This document shows positions 27,444-44,004 of a stretch of DNA of 64,000 nt, one piece after another (position 1 is the first letter of the stretch; every line of letters starts with the position of its first letter). Location: NCBI GenBank assembly GCA_964276515.1, contig OZ193909.1:15934001-15998000 (forward strand), in the 5' to 3' direction. Origin of the DNA: Gordius albopunctatus (Eukaryota). The notes under the pieces were generated by a model. The model saw nothing but the letters and a program-made list of their open reading frames with translations. It was not told the DNA's origin and made no database searches. The position numbers and the translations under genes were made by a program.

Positions 27444-30400
27444 TTAGTGTAGTAGTTTATAGCGCCAATGCACGTGCCTTCCTCTCGATGTGATGTATGG
27501 GTTTTCTTTTGATTTTGTTAGGTCTGGGTCGGAGTTAGCTGGTTCAGCGATTTTGTCGGTAGGCCTAGATTTGGATGGATTTGAATTTTCGGTATCCGTA
27601 AACGTCTGAGTTGAAGTATCTAAATATGCAGGTTTCAGTCGCTCGATCGAAATTGAGTCAGCTTTTCCGTTTTTTTCAATAATGAAATATTTAGCATGTT
27701 TGGACTTTACTCTGAACGGTCCGTCATATGGTGGCACCAAACTTTTTCGAACGAAATCATTACGGATAAAAACGTATTTACATTCCCTAAGAAGTGAAGT
27801 TGTATCCGCATTTGTCGATTGTGTCCTGACCTTTTTAAAAGGCAAATGGTAAAAATGTTGTTTTAGGCCTTTAATAAATTCGGAGGTGTTGTGAGGTGTA
27901 CTTGAGTTCGTGAAAAATTCGCCGGGAAGTCTAAGTGTAGTGCCATAAACTAATTCGGCTGGAGTGCAACCTAAGTCTTCCTTGATGGTGGTTCGAATGC
28001 CAAGCAAAATTAATGGTAAGAGCTCATCCCATTTGGTTGTGTCACCTTGTGCCATCAAGGAACTTTTCAGCTGTCGATGAAATCTCTCAATCATGCCATT
28101 AGCTTGTGGGTGATAGGCAGTGGTTGTGATGTGATTTACACCAAGAAGTTGCGTGAGATTCCGAAATAATTGGGACTCAAACTGGGGACCTCTATCTGTT
28201 GTGAGGCTTGATGGTACTCCGAGGTCAGCTATCCAATACTTGATCAGAGCTTTTGCAACCGTTTGGGCTGAGGTGTCATGGATCGGCATGGCGACAGGCC
28301 ATCGTGTGAAACGGTCAATAATCGTGAGTAAGTGGGTATATCCATTTGACGGTGGTAGTGGACCAACGAGATCGACGTGGATGTGGCTAAATCGAGCGTC
28401 TGGTTCAGCAAATGTACCTAAAGGGGCCTTTATGTGACGATGAATTTTCGATTTTTGACAAGCAACGCATGATTTGGCCCATTTTCTTACATCCATATTG
28501 ATGGAGGGCCAAACATATCGGCGTGTAATCAGCTTAAGTGTTGCACGCGTACCAGGGTGTGATAAGTTGTGGAAATTATCGAAAATTATGCGTCTGAGTG
28601 AAGTTGGGACGAGTGGTCGAGGTGAGGTTGTGGACATGTCGCATTGCACGGTCAAATCAGAGCCCGGTATAGGAAGTTGCGTTATTTTTAGAGACTTTAG
28701 GTCTTGAAATGTCAAATTTTCTTCCATCTGAGCCAAAGCTAACCTTTCAACTAGAGGCCTGTCTTTAAAATCAACGGAATCAATTTCAGACCTTGAGAGG
28801 GTGTCAGCGACTACATTTGATTTGCCAGCTATATATTGTAGATCGGTAGAATATTGCGAAATATAGTCTAACTGTCTAATCTCCCGCGGGGAGTATTTGT
28901 CGATAGGTGTACTGAAAGCATAAGTTAGTGGCTTGTGGTCTGTATAAATAGTGAATTCATGACCCTCTAAAAAATGGCGGTAATGGCGGATTGTTAAATA
29001 TATTGCTAATAATTCGCGACCGAATGCACTATATCGTTGTTGAGTTTTTGTTAGCTTTTGGGAAAAAAAAACTAAAGGCAGCGTCTTATCGTTAGTTGTT
29101 TGATGTAATACGGCTCCTACGGCTGAGCTGGAGGCGTCGGTGGTGATTGAGAATTTAGCGTCTTTTTGAAGATGATAAAGAGGCACGACATTGCTTAAAG
29201 CGAGTTTGGCATTGTTAAAAGCAGTCGAAGCTTCCGGGGTGCAGGATATTGTCTTCTTTGAACCGTCGAGCATATCGGTGAGAGGTTTGAGTAATTCGGC
29301 ACACATTGGAATAAAACGTCTATAAAAATTAATCATCCCTAAGAAGCGTCTCAACTGAGTCATCGAGGTAGGCTGTGGGAAATTGAGGATTGCTTCCACC
29401 TTGTCCTGAAGGGGTGACAAACCTTGAGGGGTGATTTTGTGTCCCAAAAAAAAAATTTCGTTTTGGCACCATACGCATTTATCCTGACTGATTTTAATAC
29501 CGAAAGTCTTGAGTCTTTCAAAACCAGTCTAATATGATTGTGGTGTTCGTTAATGGAAGAACTCGCGATGAGAACGTCGTCAAGGTAAACAAAAACAAAG
29601 TCAAGTTCTCTAAAAACTTGGTCCATAAAGCGTTGAAACGTCTGAGCAGCGTTGCGAAGGCCAAATGGCATGCGAAGAAATTCAAAAAGACCGAACGGGG
29701 TTGTGATGGCGGTTTTAGAAATATCCTCTGGGGCCATTGGAATTTGGTGGTAAGCCCTGACTAAATCGATCTTTGAGAATACCGTTTTATTGCAAAGGGT
29801 CAGCGCAAAGTCATGGAGGTGTGGAAGGGGATAACGATCGGGAATTGTACGACTGTTGAGCATGCGATAGTCGCCACAAGGTCTCCAATCTCCCGCGGCC
29901 TTCTTGGGTACCATGTGCAGGGGTGAGGACCAGTCACTGTTAGAGGGACGGATTATACCAAGTTCGAGCATGTGAGTAAATTCGTCTCGGGCAATCTTAA
30001 GCTTGTCCGGGAAAAGTCTCCTTGGTTTTGAGTGAACCGGAGGGCCGTTGGTGTGGATGTGGTGTTGAGTGCTGTGAGTTACTTGAGCCTTATAATCAGA
30101 AGGGGACACTATGGAGGCATACTTCTGAAGTAGTGATTTGATGGGAGAGGTGCCAATTATCCCAACTTGTATGTTGATTGACGTCGCGAGTGTAGCCTTA
30201 CCTGCAGATGTTAATGTCGTTTGGGTATCGAAGAGCTGCTTCTTTTTTATATCAACTACCAGATGGTAGTGATTAAGAAAATCGGCTCCGATTATTGGCT
30301 GTTTAACGTCTGCAATTGTAAAAATCCATCTAAATTCTTTGCGTAGGCCGAGGTCCAAAGTGAAAAGCTTTTGGCCATATGTTTTTATAGGGGTAGAATT

Positions 30401-30562
30401 GGCGGCCTGGAGTTGCACATAGGAAGGGGTCAAGGGATGGTCTCGGGAAGGCGGAATAATGGAAATCTCTGCGCCTGTGTCAATGAGGAATCGTAGACCC
30501 GTGGATTTGTCGAAAATGTAAAATAAGCGACTAAGTTTTAGACCAAGTCCAGGCGTCGCCAT
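27444..30562 (-). CDS. pol: Gypsy Pol (protease, RT, RNase H, integrase), in the -1 frame to gag, with one apparent 1-nt frameshift near 29520
   Basis: [20 protein letters not shown]...RELLAI...TDHKPL; HHCC plus DDE integrase and GPF. Adding one base to the A4 run at 29520-29523 restores [29 protein letters not shown]. Confidence 0.9.
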
Positions 30563-30573
30563 CCCTGGGTGGT

Positions 30574-31386
30574 CTATTCGTTTGTTGCGGGGAGGTTAAA
30601 TGCGCAAGGTTGCACGCATTTGAGCGCCTTGTCTTTAAAGCGGTAATGGTACCAACAAACGAGATTTGGTTGAACATGCGAGCTAGGGTGGCGAACGGTA
30701 GAGGGGTTGCGGCGTCTCGAGTTGGAACGATCACGTGGCCTATTGATTGAGACTTTTAAATTTTGTACCTCCTGGGTGAGTTTTGCAATCATCTCCCTAA
30801 GCCGAGTCGATTCATTTTCCGTGACTACATTTACACTAGAACATGTGGAGGTGTGGTAGGTCTCTACAATTTTGTCTGCCGTTTCGGCTAATTTGGAGAG
30901 GGGCTGCTCGTCAGAAACAATTGCCAAAATACCGATCATGTTTTTTGGAAGTTTTTCTATCCAAAGTTCTTTAAGAACTCGTTCATCCATGGAATTCGTT
31001 CCCAGAAGATTTTTCATGAAGCGCAGAAGCTGGGATGGGGTACGATCTCCTAATTCCACAGTTGTGAGAAGAGCACGAAGTCTAGCAGAATCGGATTGGC
31101 TTGTGCGGTCTATGATGGCGGCTTTAATGGTTGTATAGGGTAAAATGTCGGGCATATTTTGTAGTATGTCTTGAATTTCGACAGTTATTTCCAGTGGCAA
31201 GGCTTCTATTAAGTACCCAGCCTTGGTAGTTTCGCTTTTTATCTTTCTAACAAAGAAAAGAGCCTCTATTTGAGTGAACCATGAGCGGGTATTTATATTG
31301 TTAAACTGTGGCAGTTTAAAATATGTGGCATTTTCGCTTTTAACCTCCATATCAGATGGTTGGGTGGACATTTTAGGGGTCACCAA
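30574..31386 (-). CDS. gag: Gypsy Gag with C-X2-H-X9-C-X3-C knuckle
   Basis: KLPQF...[39 protein letters not shown]. Confidence 0.9.
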   Translation of the reverse strand: MVTPKMSTQPSDMEVKSENATYFKLPQFNNINTRSWFTQIEALFFVRKIKSETTKAGYLIEALPLEITVEIQDILQNMPDILPYTTIKAAIIDRTSQSDSARLRALLTTVELGDRTPSQLLRFMKNLLGTNSMDERVLKELWIEKLPKNMIGILAIVSDEQPLSKLAETADKIVETYHTSTCSSVNVVTENESTRLREMIAKLTQEVQNLKVSINRPRDRSNSRRRNPSTVRHPSSHVQPNLVCWYHYRFKDKALKCVQPCAFNLPATNE

Positions 31387-32964
31387 ATGTTAAGTTTTAA
31401 GGGAAAAATAAATGAATACTTTTATTTAATAACATCGCGTTTATATACACATCTCTGCGAGGTTATTTGTGTGTATAATAAGGTGAATTGCGAGACATTC
31501 AAATACTTAAATGTATTCACTTTTATGATTAGGGTGCGTGAATAATAATTTGAATAAGTCAGGCGATGATAAAGTATAAGCGAGGAGCTATTATTAGGGT
31601 GCGTGAATAATAATTTGCCTAGACGGGGTCAAGGGAAAGTAGCGTGCGATTAAATTCGTAGCCTCTACAGGTGAGATTGCTTATAGGGGGGTAGTAAATG
31701 CAAAATGATTAGTTAATTATTAATACAAGTTTTCCATTGAATTAAAAAAAATTGGCCTCCCCTGTGTCGAACCCACTTCCAAGAAGCCCTAAACTTTGTA
31801 CTATTTTAAAGTTAAAATTTGAAATATTGATTGATTGTGCCTATACTGTAAGTAAAATAAAAATACAAAATTGCAAAACTTTAATTATGGTTACGAGATA
31901 ATTTAAGTGTTTAATAAGTATACATTTACAAACATATAGTACTAAGGAAAAAAGAATTCATTATAATATATTTCAATTAAAATACCAGATTTTTCATTCA
32001 TTAACACATTTATTATGGGCCTACCCAGCATTGTAATTAAAGGGGGGAAATAATGATTTAGGGAAGGGCAAAATGATCATTATTTTTTGTAATTTTAGCA
32101 AATTTTTGGATTTAGAGGAAAGCAACCGTCCCTCTCTGCCCCCTTGGCTATACCTATATATGAAATATAGGAACCTTACAACAAATGTAAAATGGGTCAT
32201 ATTTAAAATTATAGCCAAATAACTAATATCGAAACATAACAATTGATAAGTAAATGCCATTAAAAATAATATTATTTGCTATGGGACATTTTTCTGGGAA
32301 AATTTATCCCCCGTAAATTGCATAGCATTTAATTAAAACATTTTAAATACACTTCCCCTCTCCCTCCCCCATGAATTCGATTTCAAAACTATCTAATCGC
32401 ATAATATTTATTGATTAGAATTATCGATTTTTATCGATAATATTAGTTATACCCATCTCGTTTCCTAGCAATCAAGATACAATAACGAGAGGTAGTGGGG
32501 TGGGGAGTGCTTAAATTATAAAAGTTTAACATTGCTTAAAATACTATTTCTAAGTGCCTGCAGATTTAAAGGAAGATTGCAAGTTGTATAAATACTCAAT
32601 GTGCCCAAATAACTTAGTTAATTATGTGATAATTAACAAAATAGTCCAGAAACTCTTAATCGAAACAAATATATTTTTTAACTAGCAAAAGTTGCTAGTG
32701 AATTACATTAATTTTGCAGAAATTTTCGGCCTGCCGTACTTTTAATAAATTTCAACGAATTTTTGGATTTAAAGGGGGGGGGGGATGAATTTTAGAAGCA
32801 TATTTTTTTATAAAGTACAAAATATGTTTTCATGAAATTTAAATTGATTTCTTATTGACAAATGACAAGGAAATCAAATTTTTTTTACCATTTGTAACTA
32901 AGTTTCCTGCTCATAAATTTCTTTTATGACTTATTAGATGCCGCCCTTAACAACGAAATAAATA

Positions 32965-34097
32965 CAATTTGGCCAATGTTCATTTTTTTCATTGTACAGT
33001 AGACAAGACGCGGCCAAAAAGGATATAAATACATAAGAGACGAAAAAAAATTTCAAATCACAATTTGGCCAATGGTCATTTTTATCCATTGGTCAGTACC
33101 AAGAGACGCTTTATAAATACATACGAGTCAAAAAAATCGATTCCCACTTTGGCCAATGGTGATTTTTTCCATTGGTCAGCAGCCAGAGGACGGCCAAAAA
33201 GCCATACTATCAATGGTATTAACAAAAACAATAAATTAATTTGGAAAAAAAAACGAAAAAAACTTCGATTCACATTTTGGCCAATGGTCATTTTTCCCAT
33301 TGGTCAGTAGCCAGGGCACGGTCAAAAAGTCATGTGATCAATGGTATTAACAAGAATAATTTATTAATTTAATTTTACAAAAAATAAAGATTTAGCCCTC
33401 TCCGGGATTTGAACCCACATTAATAGAGGCATAAGCTTTTGTAGGGGCATAGGGACCCATATCAGTAGAGGCATAGGCCCTTGTAGGGAAGGACATAGGG
33501 TAATTATCAATGTCAACCAATTCAAAAACGAAAAAAAATTCGATTCACATTTTGGCCAATGGTCATTTTTTCAATGGTCAATAGCCAGAACACGATCAAA
33601 AAGTCATATTATCAATGGTATTAACAAGAACAAAATATTAATTTAATTTAAAAAAAAATAAAAATTTTGCCCTTTCCCGATATCGAACCAGCAATTCAGA
33701 ACGTTCGCCGGGATTCGAACCCACATTAATAGAGGCATAAGCTTTTGTAGGGGCACAGGGATCCATATCAGTAGAGGCATAGGCCCTTGTTGTGGAGGGC
33801 ATAGGGTAATTATCAATGTCAACCAATTCAAAACCGAAAAAAATTTCGATTTATTTGGCCAATGGTCATTTTTTTCATTGGTCAGTAGCCAGCGGAATGT
33901 CAAAAAGTCATATTATCCATGGTCTTAACAAGAAAAAAATATAAATTTAATTAAAAAAATTAAAAAAAAATTTTGTCCTCTCCGGGGATTGACTCGAACT
34001 TACAAGTCAGAAAGCCGGTGTAAATACATTGGAGGGTAATGGACGGACAACGGACAACGGGCAACCAAAAACGAGCCCATAAATTGCAAAGCAATTA
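32965..34097 (-). mobile_element. HINE-family copy (partial)
   Basis: Same tandem units as 3690-4935; GGACAAC/GGAC microsatellite and CCCATAAATTGC end at ~34080-34097. Confidence 0.65.
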
Positions 34098-34781
34098 AAA
34101 TTTATCGTTTTTTATATTGCTAAAATAATTTATTATAATATTGTAAAGCAATGAATTTTTAACAAAGTTCTACAGTAATTCTGGTTGGTCCAGCTAAAAC
34201 GCCACATTTTAATTAAAAAATTCCATCTTTATTTCCTATATGTTCTAACATTGTTATTAATTATACCTCATGTTTTAGCCAATATCAAGCCCTGCAATTT
34301 GTTCTTCATTGCCCTCTGCTCAGCCCGAGTCTGGTGCTTTTGTTTTTGTACTATCCGTCGGCAAAAATTACGTTTCTGTTAAAAAAAAGCTCTTCAAAAA
34401 AGCTGATCAGAAAAAAAGCTAATAAAAAATCTAACCCCTAAAATGTACTTGATGTCTTATGAGGAGTATGTCGCATAGCTAATTTGAAAATAAAATTTAA
34501 ATATTTAATATATAAAAATGGGTTAGATATTCAAAAATAGGATTTTTAAAAATAAGATCTAATAATTAGATTTATTAATAAGATATCTAAAAATAGTATA
34601 GATATTCAAAAATGGTATAAAAAATGGGATATTCAAAAATGGTGGGAAAACTTCCGTTAGAAGGTTAAATCTAAATTGCGAAAGAATCTTAAATCCATGG
34701 ATTAATCTAAATTGCGAGAGAATGCGTTTAAATTCTCAATTAGATATTCTGCACTTTTTTTTAACTTTGATTGTTTTTATT

Positions 34782-37910
<3,129 letters not shown>

Positions 37911-39198
37911 ATAGATAGGTCCGCCCCGACTAAAAGTCGTTTTCTCTTAACGTTTACTCGTGTTAAGACGAGTGAGAGTCTACATCTTTAGAGATATGTA
38001 TGAGGGCCTATTGGACTAGATGTCACAATAGTACAGGCATAGAGGTGCCGCAAATCGGTAGGCAGCACACTCGGTTTATATAAAAATCATAAGTCAAACA
38101 AAAAAAAATTTACATACCATCTACGGCAATTACTGAAAATAAGCGATAGTTAGTCTCGGTTGATATTTGTTAGCAGAAATTGCCAAATATTCCTAAATTT
38201 ACATTAGATTGTATGCACTATACGTCGAAATCGCCAAATGTTCCTATTGGTTTATTAGCTTTTTTTCTGATCAGCTTTTTTTTGAAGAGCTTTTTTATTG
38301 AATAAGAATCAAACATTATAAACCCTCCGTTGCCTAAAAATGATTGATACCCGATGTCTAAACTAACCCCTGAATATTGTTTGACCATTTAACACAATAA
38401 AAATCCTGCTCTTCATAGGCATTCTTCTCTCCCCCTTCTTTAAATGGCAAAGCAAATGTGTTACGTTTATAGGAAGTATAAACGTTGTAATAAAAGTAGC
38501 CCAGTAAGTGGGGAAAGTCCAAAGGGCAAAATATTTAACAATCGATTGTACATTAAAGAGTGCAATTTAAAAATGCAATAAATATTTATTATAATTATGA
38601 TGTGAATCCCAAAGCCAAGTTTCCAAAGATTTGCACAATTCAAACCCTATTTAGAGCCCTGAAAAACTGCTTTTTATCGCCCCGACACCGGTGTTATTAT
38701 ATTTAAATTATCTGGCTTCAACATCTGTTTCCCATCACTTTTGGACAAATTGTAAAAATGAAATTAATTGCGATTGATATTCATTTTATAATAGGATAAG
38801 AGTATCAACTAAAAAGTTTTTAATATTAAAATATAATTTTTTATTTAAAAAAAAAAATAGAACCACTTTTAGACTTACTTTATATTATCTCCAAAACTTA
38901 AATAGATACTTTATAAAAAATCTACAATAATGTACAAAAATAATAAAAAAACTCGGAAAGGGGCTGTAATTTGAGAACTATACACGGTAGGAATGTTATG
39001 TTTTTTATACCTAAATAGTTTATTGGCTAGTGTTTGCTTCGGGCTTGGACCTTAGGTCAAAGTGCCCTATTAGACCCGACGGAACCCGAAGACCATTTGT
39101 ACTAGCTCGACATAAAATTAATTTGGGCTGCCCGGGCAGGGTTTTAACCCAGCTCGATTATACAAAACTTACGTTTTTAAATCGAAAACTATACAAAC

Positions 39199-41009
39199 TA
39201 GTGATGCGGAAGAACCGAGAAAAATCTCGGTCTCGTCTCGAATTTTGCTGTCGAGATCGAGACGAGAATTTTGCTGTCGAGATAAGACGATACGAGATTT
39301 TTTCGGCGAGATCTCGACTTTTTATTGATAGTTGTATTTTAGGAAACTATGGTTTATTTTTATTTGCATGATTCACATCTAAGGTATTAAGTGTAATCAA
39401 TATATATGGAATATATTTGATATTAAAAAATTCCTAAGTGTAGTAAATATTATATATTTTTGCAAAAAACTTTAAATTTGGCAATCATTTACCTAAGTAT
39501 GGTTGACCCTTAGGGTATGTGAATAATTTTATAATATCATTATCACATATTTGTATCAATAACATTATTAAATATTACAAAATTTTAGGCTTAGAATGAG
39601 TTCTGGTGGAATAGAATATTATTAAAGCATGCGCACTTTAATTAAAAGTTTAAAACCTTATGTTCTTAATTTTATAATAATGCTGCTTTTATTGTTGTTT
39701 TTACAACGTTTTAATATATGCAACTAGTTAACAGTTCGGTAAATAACAATATTATCATTAAAAGTCACTCGAACTTTGTGGTTTAAAACGCAATAGTAAA
39801 CATGCAATAAACACTATTATCTATAATTGATGATGGTAATTGTCATGTATGGCGTATACATGAACGACTCACAAACCAGTCCTTATTAGGTATGGATACG
39901 TGATAAGAGGAAAAGCGGGCTAAGGACGAAGAAAGGTTATCGAAGTTTGGGTTGGTAGCAAAATAGCACAAGGATACAGCAAAACAAAGCTATAAATTAC
40001 GACTTGGCCCGAAAGAAGTAGCAAAGAAAAGCAAGGATACAACAAAACCTGGTAATAAATATCGAATTGGCATGAGAAACGTACGGGAAAACTAGAACTG
40101 TCGGCCGAGGATTCCAAGGGCCGTGGAAAAGCCTTGGAAGTGAAGGGCCATTCATCACAAGATCGGCGCGGTAAAATGGGTCAAGAAGAAAAGAAGTTTC
40201 AAGAATCAAGATACGAGCCAGAAAAATAAAACCTATATAAGCCCCAGCAAAATCGATACTGTAGAGAATGAGAATTTTCTTCCAACGCTAATTAATTAAT
40301 TTCTCGCATAGAAAAGTCGTTCCAAAACAATCCTTACTAGACTTGGTGTTATTCCCCCCTTGTAATCGCTAGAAATTATTCCCCGCGCTATTATTGCGGT
40401 GCTACCAATTATTGCCGAGTACTTCAATTATATACCTTTTCCGGAATTGTATTATAGTTATTTGAGTGAATAAACTAGTATTTGGAGTATAACAGATTTG
40501 GGGAATAACCGTACAAAATAAATAATCCCCAGACTAGAAACAATAAATAATCCCCCCTTTGGTCTGAGGATATAAAAGTAATATCAATGGACTTAAACGT
40601 TTGTCTTAAATATGTTAAGGTCTACTTTAAAGTTTTAGCCAGGGTTAATAAAGAGTCTCAATTTGCTCAATTATGCAACTAAGTCATATGTAAGCGATCT
40701 TATAATTTTCTAAGTCTATTTAGTTAACAGACACAGCTTCAAAAAGTCTCTGTATTAAAATTTTTCCAAAAATATAAAAGTTTGCCATTTGGATTTTGTA
40801 ACACTTATTTAATATTTTTAATAAAACGGGAGAAATTTTTATTCCGTATATATTTTTTTAAAAAGTCGAGACGAGACGAGAATTCTCGCCGAGACGAGAT
40901 CGAGATTTTTCTAGACCGAGACGAGACGAGATCGAGATTTTCTTAATCGCTCCCGAGACGAGACGACATTCTTTATTCGAGACCGAGACGAGTCGAGATC
41001 GAAACACTA
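39199..41009. mobile_element. hAT-like non-autonomous element with CGAGA-rich subterminal repeats
   Basis: Ends TAGTGATG... / ...AAACACTA; clustered GTCTCG/CGAGAC motifs at both ends; a related right end lies at 17760-17898. No clear TSD. Confidence 0.55.
39841..40577 (+). mobile_element. Probable solo LTR
   Basis: Starts TGTCATG; flanked by direct repeat GTAAT (39836-39840, 40578-40582); internal TATATAA (~40234) and AATAAA motifs; higher GC than flanks. The 3' end reads ...TATAAAA rather than ...ACA. Confidence 0.55.
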
Positions 41010-41039
41010 CTTGTTAATACCATGGATAATATAAATTTT

Positions 41040-42742
41040 TAACACTCCGCTGGCTACGGGCCAATGAAAAAAATGACCATTAGCCAAAATGTGAATCGAA
41101 TTTTTTTTTCCGTTTTTTTTGACTCGTATGTATTTATAGACTGTCTCTGGGTACTGACCAATGGAAAAAAATGACCATTGGCCAAAATGTGAATCGAAAT
41201 TTTTTTTTCGTTTTTTAATTGGTTAACATTGATAATTACCCTATACCCTTCCCTACAAGGGCCTATGCCTCTACTGATATGGGTCCCTGTGCCTCTACAA
41301 AAGCCTATGCCTCTACTGATGTTGGTTCAAATCCCGGAGAGGGCAAAATTTTTTTTTAAATTAAATTAATATTTTTTTCTTGTTAATACCATTGATGATA
41401 TGAATTTTTGACCGTGGCCTGGCTACTGACCAATGGAAAAAATAACCATTGGCCAAAATGTGAATCGAAATTTTTTTTCTCGTTTTTTTGACTCGTCGTA
41501 TGTATTTATAGACCGTCTCTGGGTACTAACCAATTGAAAAAAATGACCATTGGCCAAAATGTTATTCAAAATTTTTTTTCCATTTTTTTTGACTCGTAGG
41601 TATTTATAGACCGTCTCTTGGTGCTAACCAATAAAAAAATGACCATTGGCCAAATTGTGATTCGAAATTTTTTTTCGTTTTTGAATCGGTATATTAGGTT
41701 GACATTGATAATTACCTTATGCCCTCCCCTAGAAGGGCCCTTTCCTCTACTGATATGGGTCCCTGTGCCCCCCCCCCCACAAAAACCTATCCCTCTTAAT
41801 TGTATTAATGTGGGTTCGAATCCCTGCGAGGGCAAATCATATTTTTAGATGTGTTACTAACTAAATGCATTCAAATATTCCGTCGTTTTGTATTTGCTAT
41901 GTTTGAAAATATATGATTGGAATTAAGCAAAAAGAATATCAATTTTATTTGAATTTTTCAAATTCGTATAACATTGTAATTTAAATCGTCTGTTAAAACT
42001 TAAGAAGTGGGGTAAACAAAATTAAGAAACAAACACTATTATTTAATAACTATCGAGGGGGCGAATGGAGCTCCAAGATTGTTAGAGATTAAAATTTCAA
42101 AAATTATCATTTTGCCCTTCCCTAAATCATTATTGCCCCTCTGTAATTCCAATGCTGGCTACGCACATGCTAACTAAGATAATCCAAATTTTTTCAACAC
42201 CATTTGGGATTTGATTGAAGAATAACTGGACTCGCTATTTTCTAAAATTGCTCCATTTAATTTTGATTACATAGGAACTGGTCCTCCCCTACAAGGGCTT
42301 ATGCCTCTACTGATATGGGTCCCTGTGCCCCTACAAAAGCCTATGGCTTTATTAATGTGGTTTAGAATCCCGGAGAGGGCAAGATTTTTATTTTTTTTAC
42401 ATTATTTTATTCTTGTCAACACCATTGATAATATGACTTTTTGACCGTCCGCAGGCTACTGACCAATGAAAAAAATGACCATTGGCCAAAATGTAATTCG
42501 AAATTTTTTTTCGTTTTTTTTAAAAATTGGTTACCATTTATATTTACCCTATTCCCGTCAGTCCAATTATTTTGCATTTAATACCACCTTATAGGCGGTC
42601 TCGCCCCTTCCCACCTTTCTCGCCCATAAATTGCATAGAAATATGCTACTTTTATACAGAGTATAGAAGAGTTCCCCCTTCTCTTCCCCCCTTCCCCTAC
42701 TCCCATTGCCCCCTTACCACGAGGGCCGAAGCCCCGAGTTTT
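41040..42742 (+). mobile_element. HINE-family copy in opposite orientation, interrupted ~41850-42285
   Basis: Reverse-complement tandem units, subTIR CCCATAAATTGCATAG (~42623) and hairpin end GAGGGCCGAAGCCCCGAGTTTT. Confidence 0.65.
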
Positions 42743-43457
42743 CTTAATTTTACAATTTATCATTTTATAATATATTCTACTATTTCTGATACATAAAATT
42801 ACATGTTTTATACGCTATCAAATCTTTTAAGGCTTACTAGGTCATTACTTTCTTGCATTTCTTGAGCTCGATTATATTGTCTACCACCCCATCATGGGCG
42901 TAGCCAGGTTTTGGATTAGGGGGGGGGGGCAAAACATAATTTTTTTAAATTTTTATTCGCCCCCCTGGCTACGCTCATGCACCCTATAAAATCATAAATA
43001 TTTGTGCGCATGAATTTAATGTTGAGATTGAAACTTTTGCATTTACAACACATTTTGAATCAAAACAATGTTTAAATTCGTATTTTGATAATGCAAATGA
43101 CAATAAGTGTTAGATATAAAACCTCATTCGCCCAGTATGCTTCAAAAGGAGTTAATTATATTATGTTCCAACAGGCACGTAGCCAGGATTTTCTCAAGGA
43201 GAAAGAAAAATTTTTAAAAAAATTCGACACTTTTATTTATAATGTAACAAAAGTAAACTTCGCCTACAATATATGCGAAACTTCAAGGCGCTATATAACC
43301 AGCTTTGGAAAAATCTCTTCTCTTCATTGATTGGAGCATTTACTATCGATTTTATACCTTGAAAAGGACATAGACCTTCAAAAATATTTTTCAAATTTTG
43401 GTCAAGGGGGTAGAAAATTCCCGCTTTCTGCTCCCGGCTACGCGCCTGTATTCCAGC

Positions 43458-43739
43458 CATAGACTAATAGACTGCTCATCTCTTATATATTAACGCATCA
43501 AAAGTGTTGCCAAAAACGACCGCCATTTTGATAAGTGAAGTAGAGTTTGTATAGCGATGGATTGTATTAGACAATAATCATTGATCTTATAACATGAAAT
43601 AACCCATTTTAATCATTATAGCGATTTTAAAGATTTATCAAACCATATAAATTGGCCAAAATTCATGTTTCACTTATCAAAATGGCTGCCAAAATGGGGT
43701 ACAATTTTTATTAGGGAATGATCAGTCTATTAGTCTATG
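43458..43739. mobile_element. MITE, P-element-like ends
   Basis: TIR CATAGACTAATAGACTG / CAGTCTATTAGTCTATG; internal IR TTTTGATAAGTGAA / TTCACTTATCAAAA; 8-bp flanks ATTCCAGC / GTTCCAAC. Confidence 0.7.
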
Positions 43740-44004
43740 GTTCCAACTGCAACAGGATACTACAATGAGCTATAGTATAGCAATAGCATAAACTGTAGCC
43801 TTCATAAATTTTTAGCAGTGGAAAATGCTGAAAATGATGTTCGAATAAGTATTAACAGCTTAAATCTTAGTTAAATTATGATTCTTATTTTATAAACTAT
43901 GGCAACGTTATTTGTAGTGCAAATACTTAATTTTGTTTTGATTCATTAACAAAAATATATATACATTTCTTTAAGTCCGACCTATATACGCCGGTAGTGT
44001 GAAC

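Larger units (their letters stand above)
27129..31669 (-). mobile_element. Ty3/Gypsy LTR retrotransposon, CsRN1/Kabuki/Boudicca-like clade
   Basis: Two 282-bp TG...CA LTRs (27129-27410, 31388-31669), identical by eye; 4-bp TSD GGTG; PBS TGGTGACCCC (tRNA-Trp 3' end); CHCC gag knuckle; PR-RT-RH-IN order. Confidence 0.96.
26996..31735 (-). mobile_element. Truncated HINE-family copy split by the Gypsy insertion
   Basis: Hairpin end CTCGGGCCTTCGGCCC and subTIR TTTGCTATGCAATTTATGG before 27129. The sequence resumes after 31669 (TAAATGCAAAATGATTAGTTAATT), matching the copy at ~3815-3860. Confidence 0.65.

Noticed and set aside
42895..43448. Short GGCGTAGCCAG...CTGGCTACGC inverted elements, many copies across the window
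   Set aside because: Ordinary small MITE family; boundaries too decayed to list individually.
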